The notes under the pieces: generated by a model
Database searches by the model: none
Seen by the model: only the letters and a program-made list of their open reading frames with translations
Told to the model about the DNA's origin: nothing
Translations under genes and position numbers: made by a program
Source: Podarcis cretensis
Taxonomy: Eukaryota
Length of the DNA: 64,000 nt
Assembly (NCBI GenBank): GCA_951804945.1
Contig: OX638156.1
Span: forward strand, 25,420,001 to 25,484,000
Reading direction: 5' to 3'
Shown here: piece after piece, positions 50,448 to 63,532 of the stretch
How positions within the stretch are numbered: position 1 is the stretch's first letter
Layout: each line of letters begins with the position of its first letter

Positions 50448-51379
50448 TAATCCCTTCTAGCCCATGGCTACCAGGCTGGTTTCTATCCCAACCCAACCCT
50501 TCTGAATGCAAGGTTAAACTTGACAGTCTCAGGTTTTCAAGTAAATGGTAGAGTGCAGCCTGCTCATATACTTTTAAGAACAGAAGTCTGGGTTTATCCT
50601 ATGAATACTAAACACAACAAGGCTGCCTATGTGGATGTTACTATCATGGGGATTTACTGTGCCATAGGCAGTCACTTAAGAGGAAAAACTTTGCTATTTC
50701 ACCTCCTCACATGAGCAAAATTTGGCTAAGCAGTAGTGCCACTGCACCATAAATGTGCCAGTAGTACATCCATGGTAGACTTCCACCTTTCTCTTAAAAA
50801 CAACTTGCACAACTGTGATTCCATGCACTAGTAACGGACCACAGATTATACAGCAAAACAAGAAGGAATTAAACGTATGCAAATCAGCAGCCAATAATTT
50901 CTAGGGTAACTCTTTTCCTACTATATCAATAACACAAATGTTATCACATGCTCATTGGAAAGTTTGGCTGCTGCTTGAGTTAGAAAAACTAAGATGGATC
51001 CTACAGCCAAATCATATATATTTTAAAGCCAGTATGTTCTGCTTCTCGTGACACAGGCAACCTAATAAAAGATTTTCCTTGCATTCATAAGAATTCATTC
51101 ACGTGCTGAACCTACAAGAAGCCCTTTCAATAAATGTCAGCAATATCACATTGCTCTGATTTCCCAACAACAGATGGGAAAAACTATCCATCATGGCATG
51201 TGGGAGGGCAAGTACAAAACTTCACAAGATGAAAGAGATGCACATTTACCAGCACAGATGCTTTCCCTATGAACACACAAATGAAGATAAATACACTAAT
51301 GATATGGTTTTCTATCACAGCCCAATTTTTTTTAAGTTGCCTATCTAAATAAATACAACAGCACTTCCTAGGCAGTGTA

Positions 51380-51621
51380 CAGTGGTACCTCGGGTTAAGT
51401 ACTTAATTAATTCCAGAGGTCCGTACTTAACCTGAAACTGTTCTTAACCTGAAGCACCACTTTAGCTAATGGGGCCTCCTGCTGCTGCCGCGTCGCCGGA
51501 GCACGATTTCTGTTCTCATCCTGAAGCAAAGTTCTTAACCTGAAGCACTATTTCTGAGTTAGCGGAGTCTGTAACCTGAAGTGTATGTAACCTGAAGCGT
51601 ATGTAACCTGAGCTACCACTG
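51380..51621. mobile_element. Tc1/mariner MITE family 1 (opposite orientation)
   Basis: Reverse complement of 14835-15076; TA flanks. Confidence 0.85.
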
Positions 51622-54072
51622 TATTTGTGGTCAGGCACTCGCTTGTCAAATGACAGATACAATGATTATAATAGTTACAGATTTCACAAAGCCCTGCTTA
51701 TGAGAATTCCAAAATTTTACTAATGCTTCTTCCTACCCCCAGAACTAGCAAACCCTACCCAAAAAACTAAACAGCTCCTTTAAATGAGAACTAGAACAGC
51801 ATGAGTTAATATCTGGAAGTTTAATGTGGAACTACTGCTCACAAGATTAAACAGGACAAGCATTAACAACTAATATTATTATCTGGATTAACTACAAGCC
51901 ATGAACATTCCAATCTAATCCATTTCATAAACAAAGCCAAATCTGTCTGCACTTCAGTGTACTACTCTCTGAAAAGTTTTATAATCTCATCCCCTACTAC
52001 AACAGTGGTTTCCAAACTGTCGTCTTTCAGGGATTATTTTCCACGCTGGCTTATCTGCCAAGGAACCCCTGAATGATTATTCTGTGAAACAACTATGTTG
52101 CAAAAGATTTGGGATATGATCAGATTCTAGCACACACATTCACTTTATGCAGGACACTGGCCAGACAAGTTGAGACTCACCACTACTCCTCATGAACCAA
52201 GTGTGTGACTTAAACATGCCCAATACAGTACTTATCTCACTGAAGAACTCCAATAGACTTACATAAGTTTGAAAATCTTAAACCAACAATATCTACACAG
52301 TGGGTTGTAGCCATTACTAATCCAATTCAGAGTACACCCATTAAAATTGTACTGGGCATGACTACGTTAGGTCCATTAATTTCAACAGATGTACTCTATG
52401 TAGAGCTTAGCTCAAGAGAAAATGTGAACAAATGCACAGTTATTTTATTGTATTGTTTATGTTTGCACGTTGTTGGAAAAATTAAATAAAAACATTTCTT
52501 TTTAAAAAACTTAATTAGGTTAAGTGGGGTGGTTGTTATTCCATGTTATTTTGAAAAATCAATTAAATATATTTAAAAGATACTCCATTGGGTACCTTAG
52601 TTAAACTAACTTACAAGCTACTTAAAGGCAGATTCTCCTATGTGAATCTGCCCATCCCCTAAGGTCAAATGATATAACTTTATTGTGCGTTCAACTGATA
52701 GCAATGCATGAAGGGGTCTCATACGTGACAGCAGAACTCACTGCCTCAATAACTTAAAGATTAAGATAATCTATTTTTCCACTGAAGACTTATCACTTTC
52801 AGCAAGCTTTAACTCTGTCATTGATTAAGTTAACTATTATTTACTGAACGGTTTCTTAAGCTTTGTCTTATGTTTTTTGCACCTATGTTACTTATTTTAT
52901 TGTTTTAATAATGTAGTTTAATGTTTTAATTCTGTTGGATTTTGTAAGTAATATTGAGCACCTCTCTAAGGAGAAGAGAAGTGGGATAAAATGTTTAATA
53001 GATGTGATGTCAATCAAAGTGCATATAACAAATTGCTATAAGGAAATCTGCTTATTCTGTGTTTTACAAACAAGTACATAATTTGGAAGAAATGTTTGTG
53101 ATAATACTGAAAATACTGCATCCATTCACAAACAGGAAGATTATCTGTGTATAGTTGCATATGCTCTTCACTGAACTATAGCCTTTTTAGATAACTGCTT
53201 GTTGAATTTTGCTGTGGTGTCTTAGAAGTAATGAAATTCCAGCAGGGCAAATCAAAATGGCAAAATTCAATGCCACATTCAATGTCACATTCATTTATTG
53301 CAAGTAAGACTGAAGATCACTTCACCCTGTTATACAGAGCAGCAAACACAAAACATCAATCGACACAGCAACAAAAACATAGTATCAAACAATACTTGAA
53401 TACAAGGGGTTTAAAACTGTGAAGGAGTAAGTTATCTTGCTGATGGTTCGAAAACTACAGGAGTCATTTTCCATTACACAATAAGCCACAATTACAGTTC
53501 ATGAGAGAATTTATCTGACAACTACCTTCCAAAACTAAGCCTTTGAAAATGCGCTTGCAGTTTGCGGGGGAGGGGGACTTTTCAAATGAGATAAATTCAC
53601 ATGGGACTATAAACAATGATCATCCGCATGACTACGGTATATATTTTGGCTTAGATCTAACAAGAGTCCTACAGCCATGCTGGTATGTTTTTATCGCATA
53701 AAAGAGTTTAAACTTCATAGCTGAGCACTTTTTAAGTAAGACGTTTCCACAACCAAGGATGTTGTTTTGAATGATTGGATTATCCATGACAAATAGGCAC
53801 AAATGATTTAAAGTTTGACATCATAAGGGATAAAGTTGTCCTCAGCAATGCCAGGTGGCCTACTGGGCACTACCGCTCAGATTAGATAGTGAACTTCTAT
53901 CCTCCAATATCACTAAGCGCTCCTCAAGCTGTTCATACAGAAAACCTAACTATTTACAACCCACCACAATAGTCATTCCTGGGTGCATAACTCCATCAGC
54001 TCAACAGAGATTTGGTAGAAAGCATGCTGTGCGAAGTTTGGCTACATACAATCCTCCGGACTGAGAAAATGA

Positions 54073-54227
54073 TTAATAATAATAATAATAATTTATTATT
54101 TATACCCCGCCCATCTGGCTGGGCCTCCCCAGCCACTCTGGGCGGCTTCCATAGAAAGCAAAAACACAATAAAATATCACACGTTAAAAACTTCCCTGAA
54201 CAGGGCTGCCTTAAGATGTCTTCTGAT
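54073..54227 (-). mobile_element. L2-clade LINE short 3' fragment
   Basis: Near-identical to ~17490-17631; flanked by tgattaa on both sides. Confidence 0.75.
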
Positions 54228-55189
54228 TAAGCTGATATTGAAGCGTAAAGCAGTAGGCACGTCACCAAGAACTGACGTGACAGCTCAGCCCTTTTGCACA
54301 TTGCCCCAGTGTCTATTTTCAGCCATTCAAAATTTAGTGTACATTATAATAATTTATTTGAAGTTTTCAAGTATCTTCATCCATCAGTTTCAACCCCAAA
54401 AATCTACTATCAGTCACCTCAGACTGCTTTATAGTCAGATCAGCCAAAGAATGAATGTAGAAAATCTAGTGCCTTAGCAAGAAAACCAACACTTCATTAC
54501 CCCGTTGGTTTACTCAATGAAGCAATAAAACACAGCATCGTATAACTAATAGATTGAGTTAAAGATTCAGTTACAGGAAGCCACATATAGCTTGACTTTG
54601 TACAGTCCAGGTCTCTTTGAGATTGATAAAATGAGTAAGTGTGCAACAAATAAATATGAAATTTAAGGCCCAATATATTTTGACTGTTTACAAAAGGCAA
54701 ATGAACTGCTTCAATGCATTCAGCAGCTGGAATTCTCTTATTAACACAGGATTACATCATTAAACAAAACTCTGACAGCTGGTACAACTGATAAAGCTGC
54801 CAGTGGACTCAAGATAAAGTGTATATTGCTAAAACCCTGAATACTAGATTCCTAGGAGAGAAATTGTATCTGAAAAACCTTTTCTCCACACACCTTTATT
54901 TTACAGCTTGATACTGCAATATTTCATCACAGTACGTATACATTTGTAATATACAGCCTTTACTACCAGCTTATACAGAAAACTTGAAGTGCAAATTAGA
55001 TCAGAAAGACTACAGATACATTAAGTTACAGTCTGAGACCTCACACATGTAATCCTTATTACAGCATTCTGTAATATTAATTTTAATAACATCCATCTTT
55101 ACTATTTCCAGAACAGCAACTGTGTTAAGTCTATTGCAGCAAAAACAACCAAGATTCCTGTGGTGTCTTAAGGACCTCATACTGCAATA

Positions 55190-55418
55190 CAGTGGATGCT
55201 CGGGTTGCAAACATGATCCGTGCCGGATGCACGTTCGTAACCTGCAGCGTTTGCAACCCACAGCGGCGCATCTGTGCATGTGCGGGTTGCGATTTGGCGC
55301 TGCTGCGCATGCACGACCGCTGAAACCCGGAAGTAACCAGTTCCGGTACTTCCGGCTTTCAGCGGTCCACAAACTGAAAAAATGCAACCTGAAGCGTCTG
55401 TAACCCGAGGTATGACTG
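55190..55418. mobile_element. Tc1/mariner MITE, family 2-related
   Basis: TA-CAGTGGATGCTCGGGTTGC...GTAACCCGAGGTATGACTG-TA. Confidence 0.7.
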
Positions 55419-55532
55419 TATAAGCTTTTGTGGGCCAATACCCACTTCACCATATGCTATGTATACATCCATGTGCTGCTTGCTACATGGATGTAGTTAA
55501 AACTGCTGCATCAAATTTTGAATGAACATTTA

Positions 55533-56462
55533 CCGTATTTTTTGCACCATAACACTCACTTTTTTCCTCCTAGAAAGTAAGGGGAAATGTCTGTGTGTGT
55601 TATGGAGGGAATGCCTACGGGTGGCGGGGGGGGGGGATCTGCTGCAGTCGTGAGCAGAGGTTCCATGGTTCCCCTTCCTTCCCTCCTCCGTGGCTCGCTT
55701 TGAAACAGCAAAGCGGGAGAAGAGCCGCTGAGTGGGGAGGAGAGAGGGACAGAGAGCCTGCTTCTTTAAAGGAGCAAAGCGGGAGAGGAGAGGAGCCGCT
55801 TACACAAGTGTAGGCAGCTCCTGTCTGGTTGGTTCCTTTAAAACAAGCAGGCTCTCTGTCCCTCTCTCCTCCGCACTCAGCTCGCTACATAGCAGCAAAG
55901 TTTTTCAGCTCACTAAGCCGGGGATGAGCGGGGAGGAGGAAGAAAAGCAGAGCCTGCTTGCTTTAAAGGAGCAAAGTGGGAGAGGAACCTTCTCCCCTTA
56001 TACCCCTCTTCTTCATTATTAGCAGCATCCTTCTCCACCCACCCCACACGTGCTCCTTGTCCCTTGAGTGCTTTTCCTTCCCTCCCCACTTAAAACGTGG
56101 TTACAAAGCACAGATCCACATGGATCCTCAGGATTTTTGCACTGGGTCACCCCAAATTCACCATCAGATCACATAGCATGTCCATGGCTACATCTTGCAC
56201 CAAAAAAATCACGCACCCACTGTTGCCTGGGGCCGCAGTGGTGCAAAAATGTGGTTACAAAGCATGGATCCACATGGATCCTCAGGATTTTTGCATTGGG
56301 CTACTCCAAACTCACTGTCAGATCACATGTCTGTCGCCACAGCATGAACCACAAAAATCATACATCCACTGTTTCGTTTAGAATATTTTTGTTCTTGTTT
56401 TCCTCCTCTAAAAACTACATGTGTGTTATGGTCGGGTGCGTGTTATAGAGCGAAAAATACGG
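55533..56462. mobile_element. Tc1/mariner (Tc2/Kanga-like) non-autonomous DNA transposon
   Basis: TA-CCGTATTTTTTGCACCATAACAC...GTGTTATAGAGCGAAAAATACGG-CA; internal ~50-bp direct repeat at ~56097 and ~56251. Confidence 0.75.
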
Positions 56463-58379
56463 CACTTGAAGCTTTTTAAAAATGTGGTTTGGGTATGTGC
56501 AGTCACAACTGGCCACATCGGCAGGCAGGGCCAGGAAGCTGTCACGTAGTTAAGTCTGGTGAGCTCTCTTAGCCACTTTAAAGGCAGCCCTGTGACTTAC
56601 TTTCAGGTCTATGGGACGCACTGGCAGGGTAAGGAGGCCAAGGCCAACCTGCAGCATTCAGCCCTAGTTGTGAAGGCCAGGAGGAGATGAAGCAGTAAGG
56701 CCTCCTTACTTATCTCAAAGGGTGCAGATTAAGCAAAGTGGGTAGACAAAATGCTACCTCTTGCCTTAGGCAGGGTTGGCTCACCGAGTTTATATGCTGT
56801 TAATATCCCACTCTCTTTGTTTCCTTCTGCAGACCTTTGGTGTTAAATGAATGAAATGTGACACAGTTCAACGAATATTTGTATCTTGCCTCCTTATTTC
56901 CCCGTATGATCAAAATTTGTAGCTCCAAGTTACTACAATTTCAAAGTTGGGGTAAATATCACAGTCTCATCTAAGAAACACCTACCCATCCTATTTCCCA
57001 TGGTTGAAAAAAAAAACCCACAGGAAATAAACACATTACCCATCAAATATTGCAGCCAGTTCAAATAAAAAAATATCCCAAAGATTTCCCATAACCTTTA
57101 TTTTAAATATGAGAGGTAAAAATCATTGGGTGTCCATGAATAGTTTAGCTTTATATCACTTTGAAATTTCGAACTACTTCTGCTACCTACATAATATTCT
57201 TTGATGTTCACAGGAGCAAATGCAAAAAAATTATTCTGAACTGTATTTGGGAAGACGTGTATGAATGCGATCAAAACAAAACAAAAATGAGGAAGATTGA
57301 GTGCTCACAACTAACAGTATGTTTTGTTTTTAAGGCAGCTACAAAGTTCTCTGTAAGCAGAACACACATGTGAACAGCATCTGCTAGCAACAACTGACTG
57401 CTCGGACTCCATCTCAATGTTGCAAGCCATCCCCCTCTACCTGAGCTGCTTTGTTTCTCTCCCCTCCCCCTCCTTCCAACGCTTATACAACTGCGGAAGA
57501 AGGTCCTCTCTATCCCCCCCACCCCGTTCAGACTCCAACCTGTCACTGCCATATCCTCCTGCCCACCATCATCCTCCTCCTTTCCTGTCATTACGACGAC
57601 AAAAAAAAAATACCAAAAAAAGAAGGTTAAAAAATGGGAGGAGGGAAATAAGAGGGAAGAGAGATTTTAATTTAGCGCATCTATATTTTTCTCTCTCCGC
57701 CCACCCTGCAAGCAAATCTCCAGGAGGAGGAGGAGGAGGGAGAGCAGGACACTAAATGGATGCCATCCCCCCGATGCTAACCCGCCATCTCTCCTTTTAA
57801 TTCCTTCCTCTCCCCGCCCCTCACAACCCTTCCCCACCAACAATCCAAGGCGATCTTCTTATGGAGTCACACAGCCTACCCATCCCATAATTCTCCCCAT
57901 CCCCTGGCAGGGATGATGCGAGGCACACACACAAGCGCGCGCCCGAGCACACAAGCGCGCGCGCACACACACACAGAGCACACACGCATACGGTTTTCAA
58001 GAGGCGCCGCTAGCGCTAAACGTGGTTTTTCTTCAGCGCCAGGCAGGGATCCAGCCGAGAGAGAGAGAGAGAGAGACCACCCCCTTTCCTTCCCTTCCCT
58101 GCGCCACATCCCGATGCCCCCCGCTTGGCGCAACGCAGGAGGCTCCCGCTGCGCCCCTTTTCCCCACCATGAGGCTCGCCTAAGGCAAAGGACGGCACCT
58201 TAAAATGCGACCCAATTCCCGGGGGCCATAGAGCTCTCTCCCCCCTGAGCCTTCCCCCCCCACCGCCGCTCGCCACCCCGCGCATTTCCCTCAGCGCTCG
58301 CCAACCGTCTCCCTCCACACAAACAAGATACACGCGTCCCTCTCTGAGGTAAAAGCGAAAAAAAAACAACGGCCGGGAG

Positions 58380-58399
58380 GCGCGCGCGCGCGCGCGCGC
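58380..58399. repeat. (GC)10 alternating repeat
   Basis: gcgcgcgcgcgcgcgcgcgc seen directly. Confidence 0.95.
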
Positions 58400-58448
58400 T
58401 GTGGAATCTCCCCCCCCCCCGACCCCCACTCCGCTGTTCTCCCCTTAC

Positions 58449-58573
58449 CCCGCCGCTTATGGTCGCCTCACTTGCCTGCCTTCTTCCCCAGCGGCTGATG
58501 CTGGGCGCTGATAGTGGTTGCCGAAGGCGCCCAACGAAGGAGGAGAAAAGGAGGCGGGGGGAAAGAGGGGCCC

Positions 58574-58620
<47 letters not shown>
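58449..58620 (-). other. EPB41: Probable non-coding first exon of EPB41 (start approximate)
   Basis: Donor GCGGG|GTAAGG at 58449/58448 just downstream of the CCAAT and GC boxes; no ATG between ~58640 and the donor. An alternative donor GCAA|GTGAGG lies at ~58472. Confidence 0.5.
58578..58617. repeat. (CT)n/(GA)n microsatellite in the promoter / first-exon region
   Basis: About 20 CT units seen directly. Confidence 0.95.
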
Positions 58621-61510
58621 CAACCACCTCCCGCTCCCCCGCCCCATAACATAGTAGTAAGTTTCTATTGGCCGGGAGGGGAAGGCGGAGCCGCTTTGCT
58701 GCTCAGCCATTGGGGGAAGGGAGGGGAGAAGAGACAGAGTGTGTGCGTGTGGTTATTATAAGGGGGGGGGGAGAGAGATGGGGGCAGCAAGCTCGCCTGT
58801 CTGCCTGCCCGCGCGGCACGCGAAGGGGAGGATGGTTTATTTGAGGAGGGGGGGGAGTAGTGGAAACGGAAGGTATAAAAGCGCGCGCACCAGATGGAGC
58901 GAGGTGGGGGGCGGGAGAAAGGTTGCGCGCGCACAAAACTGAGGGGTGCTTCTGTTGAGGCGGCTCGCCACCAAAAAAAGGGGGGGGAAGAACCCGAATG
59001 AGACCAACGGCCATCTGGGTCAGTGTGAAGGGATGGTGCGCGCTCGACCGCCGCCTCCTCTCTGTCCACCTCCCCACATAAAGAGGAGGGGGGATGCGCG
59101 CGCTAAGAAATATTTATTTCTTAAAAGGATTTTTTTCTTTGGCCATACGCACAACAACCCATCCTCTTACCAAGGGGTGCGCAGGTTTCATAAGCAAAAC
59201 GGCATCACACCGAAAATGTAATACGTTTTGGGAACCACAATACACAAAGGGGGTGGTACACACAGTACCACCCCCATTTGGATCAAAGCTGGCTGGAGAT
59301 GGGATAGAGCATATGATAAGGAGGAATATATGGTCGCCTGTACGCCTCTTCCCAAACCAGGAGGAGCAAGCACTGGTCAATGGGAGCATGTCCGCACAAC
59401 CTTGGAGCACCGCTGCTGGAACAGGCCAAGGAGCCCATCTGGTCCAGCATCCAGTTGCCAAGAGCCACAACCGGATGCCTCCAAGGGAGCAGCACACCTT
59501 CCCCATTGTGCCTGGCACCTGGCGTTAGCAGGAATAGCAGCTGTAGAAGGAGGAGAGGCCAGAGGGCGAAGGAAGAGCTGTGTGTGGAGTGGGGGCTTTT
59601 CCCCATCCTCTGGACCACCCGCCAGCCCAGGGGGGGGGACTCAACAAACTTGGAACTGGGTGCAGAGTATTGCTGAATTTGGACACAGCTGTGGTCAGGA
59701 AGTACCATCCGCCTTGGGCCTGCCCATATAAAGCAAGTCTAGCATGAGAGACTAGGGTAATGTCCGTTGTTTCCAGGAACACTTCTCAGGATGAGACTTT
59801 TGTGGGTGAGCTGAGAGTTTGCTCGGACCCTAGGTGAGGCTGAGGGGGACAGTGTGTCCAAAGGAAAATGAATTTATATTCATTTATATATATTAGTATT
59901 TTTTGTATTAATGTAACACTTGTAACTGTATTTTATTTTTTTTATTATTTAAGGTGCCTGTTTCAGTTTTTTGTACACAACTCGGAGATATTTTTAATCT
60001 ATTAAGCGGTATAGAAATTAAATAATCAATTGGTTTGCCTGCAGGCCCCAACTGATAAAAACTAGCATTATTCCTACACACAAACACACTTCAAACAAAC
60101 AAAAACTCCCATGCTACTTATTTTGGTTCGCTGTAATAACTTCATACGGAAAGCAAAAGCACCAGTAGTATCCCTTATTCTTTTTAAATCATGTGCATAA
60201 TCACAGTAACATGTTTTGCAACAGGCATCCTGCTTCTCAGTCTTTATTTTGGTGGAACACATGGCTGGTACCCATAGGTCTGGTAGAGCAGCCGACCAAA
60301 GATAGAGCCAATGACAGCGACAGGCTAGAGGAGGGCTAGTTTGCCACTTCCCTGACCATCACTGGAGCTGTTTTTACACCCCTCCTGAATCCTGCACCAA
60401 CTTCTCACCCTTACCTTCAAAACCCTACATGGCTTTGCTCTAATTTGACCAATTCTTCCCTGTTCTCCTTGCTCATCCACCTCCAGCACCCCCAGCCTCC
60501 GAAAAGTTTCCTTCCCCCTGAAACAACCCTGCCTTTTCTTCCATTATTATTATTATTATCATCATCAACAACAATATATTAATTGCCTTCTACACAATCA
60601 TCTCAAGACAATGTACAATGAAATCAGATAAAAACTGATACATTTAAAACAAAACTAAAACAATACAAAACAAACACTCATGGCAAAGACCCATTTATCC
60701 AGTTGGGAATGCCAGTTGGAACAAAAGTGTCTTAAATTATTTCTAGAAAGGGCAGATAGAGGGGCCTGTCATTTCTCGATAGGAACAGGGGCAAACCATA
60801 GAGTTACTGCAGAGCTGGTGTTTGAGATCTTTGGAACTTGCAGGATAATCCTCCCCACAGATCCCAGGGATCCACTGGACATAAAAAGAGCAAGGCAGTC
60901 TCTCATGTAACTTGGTCCTGAATTATCTAGGGCATTAATGTGTTAGTTATCAACACAGTGAACTTGGCCTGGTAGCAGATTGGCAATCAGTGCAAATCCT
61001 GATAGCAAGGTGTTATATGTGGGTGATATTTTGCCTCCACAAGCAACCTAGCCACCACGTTCTGCACCAGCCACAGCCTCCATAGATAAACCCCAAAGGT
61101 AGCACACTGCAGTTATCCAATCATGCCATTACCAATGGCCAAGCTTCCCCAAGCCAGGAACTTGATCCTTATACATGGACCTGTTCCCCATTGTGTGATC
61201 ACCACTCTTACTTCCCCCAAATTCCTCTGCCAAATTCACCTTTTTCCAGGAAGCCTTTTGATCAATGCATTAACCTCTTGTGACTAAACTAAAGTACTCA
61301 TAATCACAACAATCACGCATCTGCCCCGTTTACCCTTACCTCCATTTTTCTCCCTTTATCTTTTCCCTGTGTCTATTTTTAGACGTGTTTACTTATTTTT
61401 AGTATTTTTACCCTGCTCCTTGGCTGAAGAAGGCTCCCAGAGCGGCTTAGAAAAATCATTAAAATAAGATAGTCTCTGCCCTCAGGCACACAATCTAAAA
61501 GGCACTACAC

Positions 61511-62002
61511 CAGGGGTCTGCAACCTTTAAGACAAAAAGAGCCACTTGGACCCGTTTCCGAAGAAAAAAAAACTGGGAGCCACAAAACTCGTCATTATAA
61601 AAATAACTTTTTTGTCACTTTTTATTATTTCTTTGTTTGACCCCTCAGAATTACTCCTCCTCATAGAAATAAACGTTAAATTAACAAGTTACCTTTTTGT
61701 GTGTGTGTGTTCTTCACTCCCCTTCAAAACAGTGACCAGCGTACATGCCCCCTTTCAATGCAGTCACCAGCGTACATGCCCCTTACAATGTAGTGGGCGG
61801 GCGGGAAGGTGACGTCGGGACGGTGCGTGACTAATGCACGCACCGCCCCCATGCGACGTCACAGCCAGTACAGTGCCCGCCACAGTGGGGAGTGTTGGGG
61901 CGCACAATGCGCCTCCTCCCCTCGCTAGTATCTGCCCCGGAGCCGCGGCAAAGGTGTAAAAGAGCCACATGCGGCTCCAGAGCCGCGGGTTGCAGACACC
62001 TG
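61511..62002. mobile_element. hAT MITE
   Basis: TIR CAGGGGTCTGCAACC...GGTTGCAGACACCTG; perfect 8-bp TSD cactacac. Confidence 0.88.
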
Positions 62003-63286
62003 CACTACACAAAAGAAAGAGGCTGGGACATGGATGGGGGAAGCAAACTCAGGAACCAGATTGTAAACCCTTTGGGTAGAAACCTGTCAAACATGTACAT
62101 TGTAAAAGCACCAGATGCATAGACTGCATTATATAAATTATAACGCTAATTTGTGAGAACTAAAGGCAGGGTCAAACTTTCTTTTTCCAGATCAACTCCT
62201 ACCCCCAAACACGGAGAAGGCCACAGCTGCCAGAGATTGAGATAAAGGATACTTCATCCCTAAAGTGTTTGTGACTGGCAGGGATTATGACTACTTACGC
62301 ATCAATGAAGAATACACAGATTTGCATAAACTTTGCATGTGCTAATTTGTATGCATAGGAGAAAATTTGGAAGTACACCTCACCATTGTAGGAAAGACTG
62401 TGACCAGGTGACCAGGGTGTCTACAATCAATCCGTGATTTGTGCAGGGGTTGCGTTCCAGATAATCCCACATGACTGCAAAGCGCACATAAGACCGCTCC
62501 GCCCCATTACCCCCCATTCTGCCCCCTATTCCTGCCACTTCCGGGTCACCACAATCTGCGCATGGAGAGTCATGCACCAATTGGACATGTGTAAATCAGC
62601 CATTGCCTGTACTTCATCCATTGTTCACATGCTGCCATTGATGGGCAACTTCAAGACAGATGCTCTCCCTTCTTACGATACTTTAAACCAACTTGGGCAG
62701 ACAGCCTTGCAGATAGAGCACTGTCCTCTGTGAAGTCAGGTCTTTGCCACCTTAGTGGCAATGGGGGAATAGGCACTGCTTCCGAGTAGTGGTGCTACCT
62801 TCTACTGCCTCCCTTTGCTCATCTCATTTTTTTTTCAAAATAATATTTATTACTTTTAAAAGGAAAAAAGACAGAAGAGAAAAAACAAAAGACGGAAAAA
62901 AAGACAATACAATTCCCTTTGCTCATCTCAGAGACTTCCCAGAGGCAGGCCACTGTGGAAACGGAAGGAGTCTAAATGGAGATGGGCCTTTGCTCTAATC
63001 AAACAGGACTCCTCTGACGTTACCAGAAACTTGACAGGTGACTGCTACTGCGTTTATTTTTTGTAAGAGGAGATACCTCCTTGACGTTTATTTGTAATCT
63101 CCTTGAGGCAAGGACCTGTCTTCTTCTACAAAGCCATGCACATTGATACCACCACAATAATAGCAAGTAACAAAATCAGGAAGAATTGTCACCTAACCAT
63201 ATATTTTAATAAATAATTAAAAACTGTTCCAGCAGCATCTTAGAGTATCATAAGAGACCATTTAGTTGGTTTCTAAGGTGCTACTG

Positions 63287-63532
63287 CCAACCTAGCAGTT
63301 CGAAAGCACCTCCGGGTGCAAGTAGATAAATAGGGACCGCTTACCAGCGGGAAGGTAAACGGTGTTTCCGTGTGCGGCTCTGGCTCGCCAGAGCAGCGAT
63401 GTCACGCTGGCCACGTGACCCGGAAGTGTCTCCGGACAGCGCTGGCCCCTGGCCTTTTAAGTGAGATGGGCGCACAACCCCAGAGTCTGTCAAGACTGGC
63501 CCGTACGGGCAGGGGTACCTTTACCTTTACTT
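63287..63532 (+). mobile_element. 5'-truncated Sauria SINE
   Basis: 3' two-thirds of the young subfamily; 13-bp TSD taaggtgctactg (63274-63286, 63533-63545). Confidence 0.9.

Larger units (their letters stand above)
1..58620 (-). other. EPB41: EPB41 / protein 4.1R gene, 3'-partial (continues beyond position 1); 5' end approximate
   Basis: Fourteen in-phase exons translate to the 4.1R headpiece (MTTEKSLV...), FERM, FERM-adjacent, U2 and start of the spectrin-actin-binding domain. The 5' end is inferred from the CpG island. Confidence 0.97.
57750..59110. promoter_or_regulatory. CpG island / probable EPB41 promoter
   Basis: Sharp rise in GC and CpG content. Minus-strand CCAAT boxes at 58667-58671 and 58709-58713, GC box GGGGCGGGG at ~58637-58645, upstream of the first coding exon in gene orientation. 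Confidence 0.85.

Noticed and set aside
57271-59782. Many 85-167 aa ORFs on both strands
   Set aside because: CpG-island and microsatellite composition; low-complexity peptides with no homology I can recognise.
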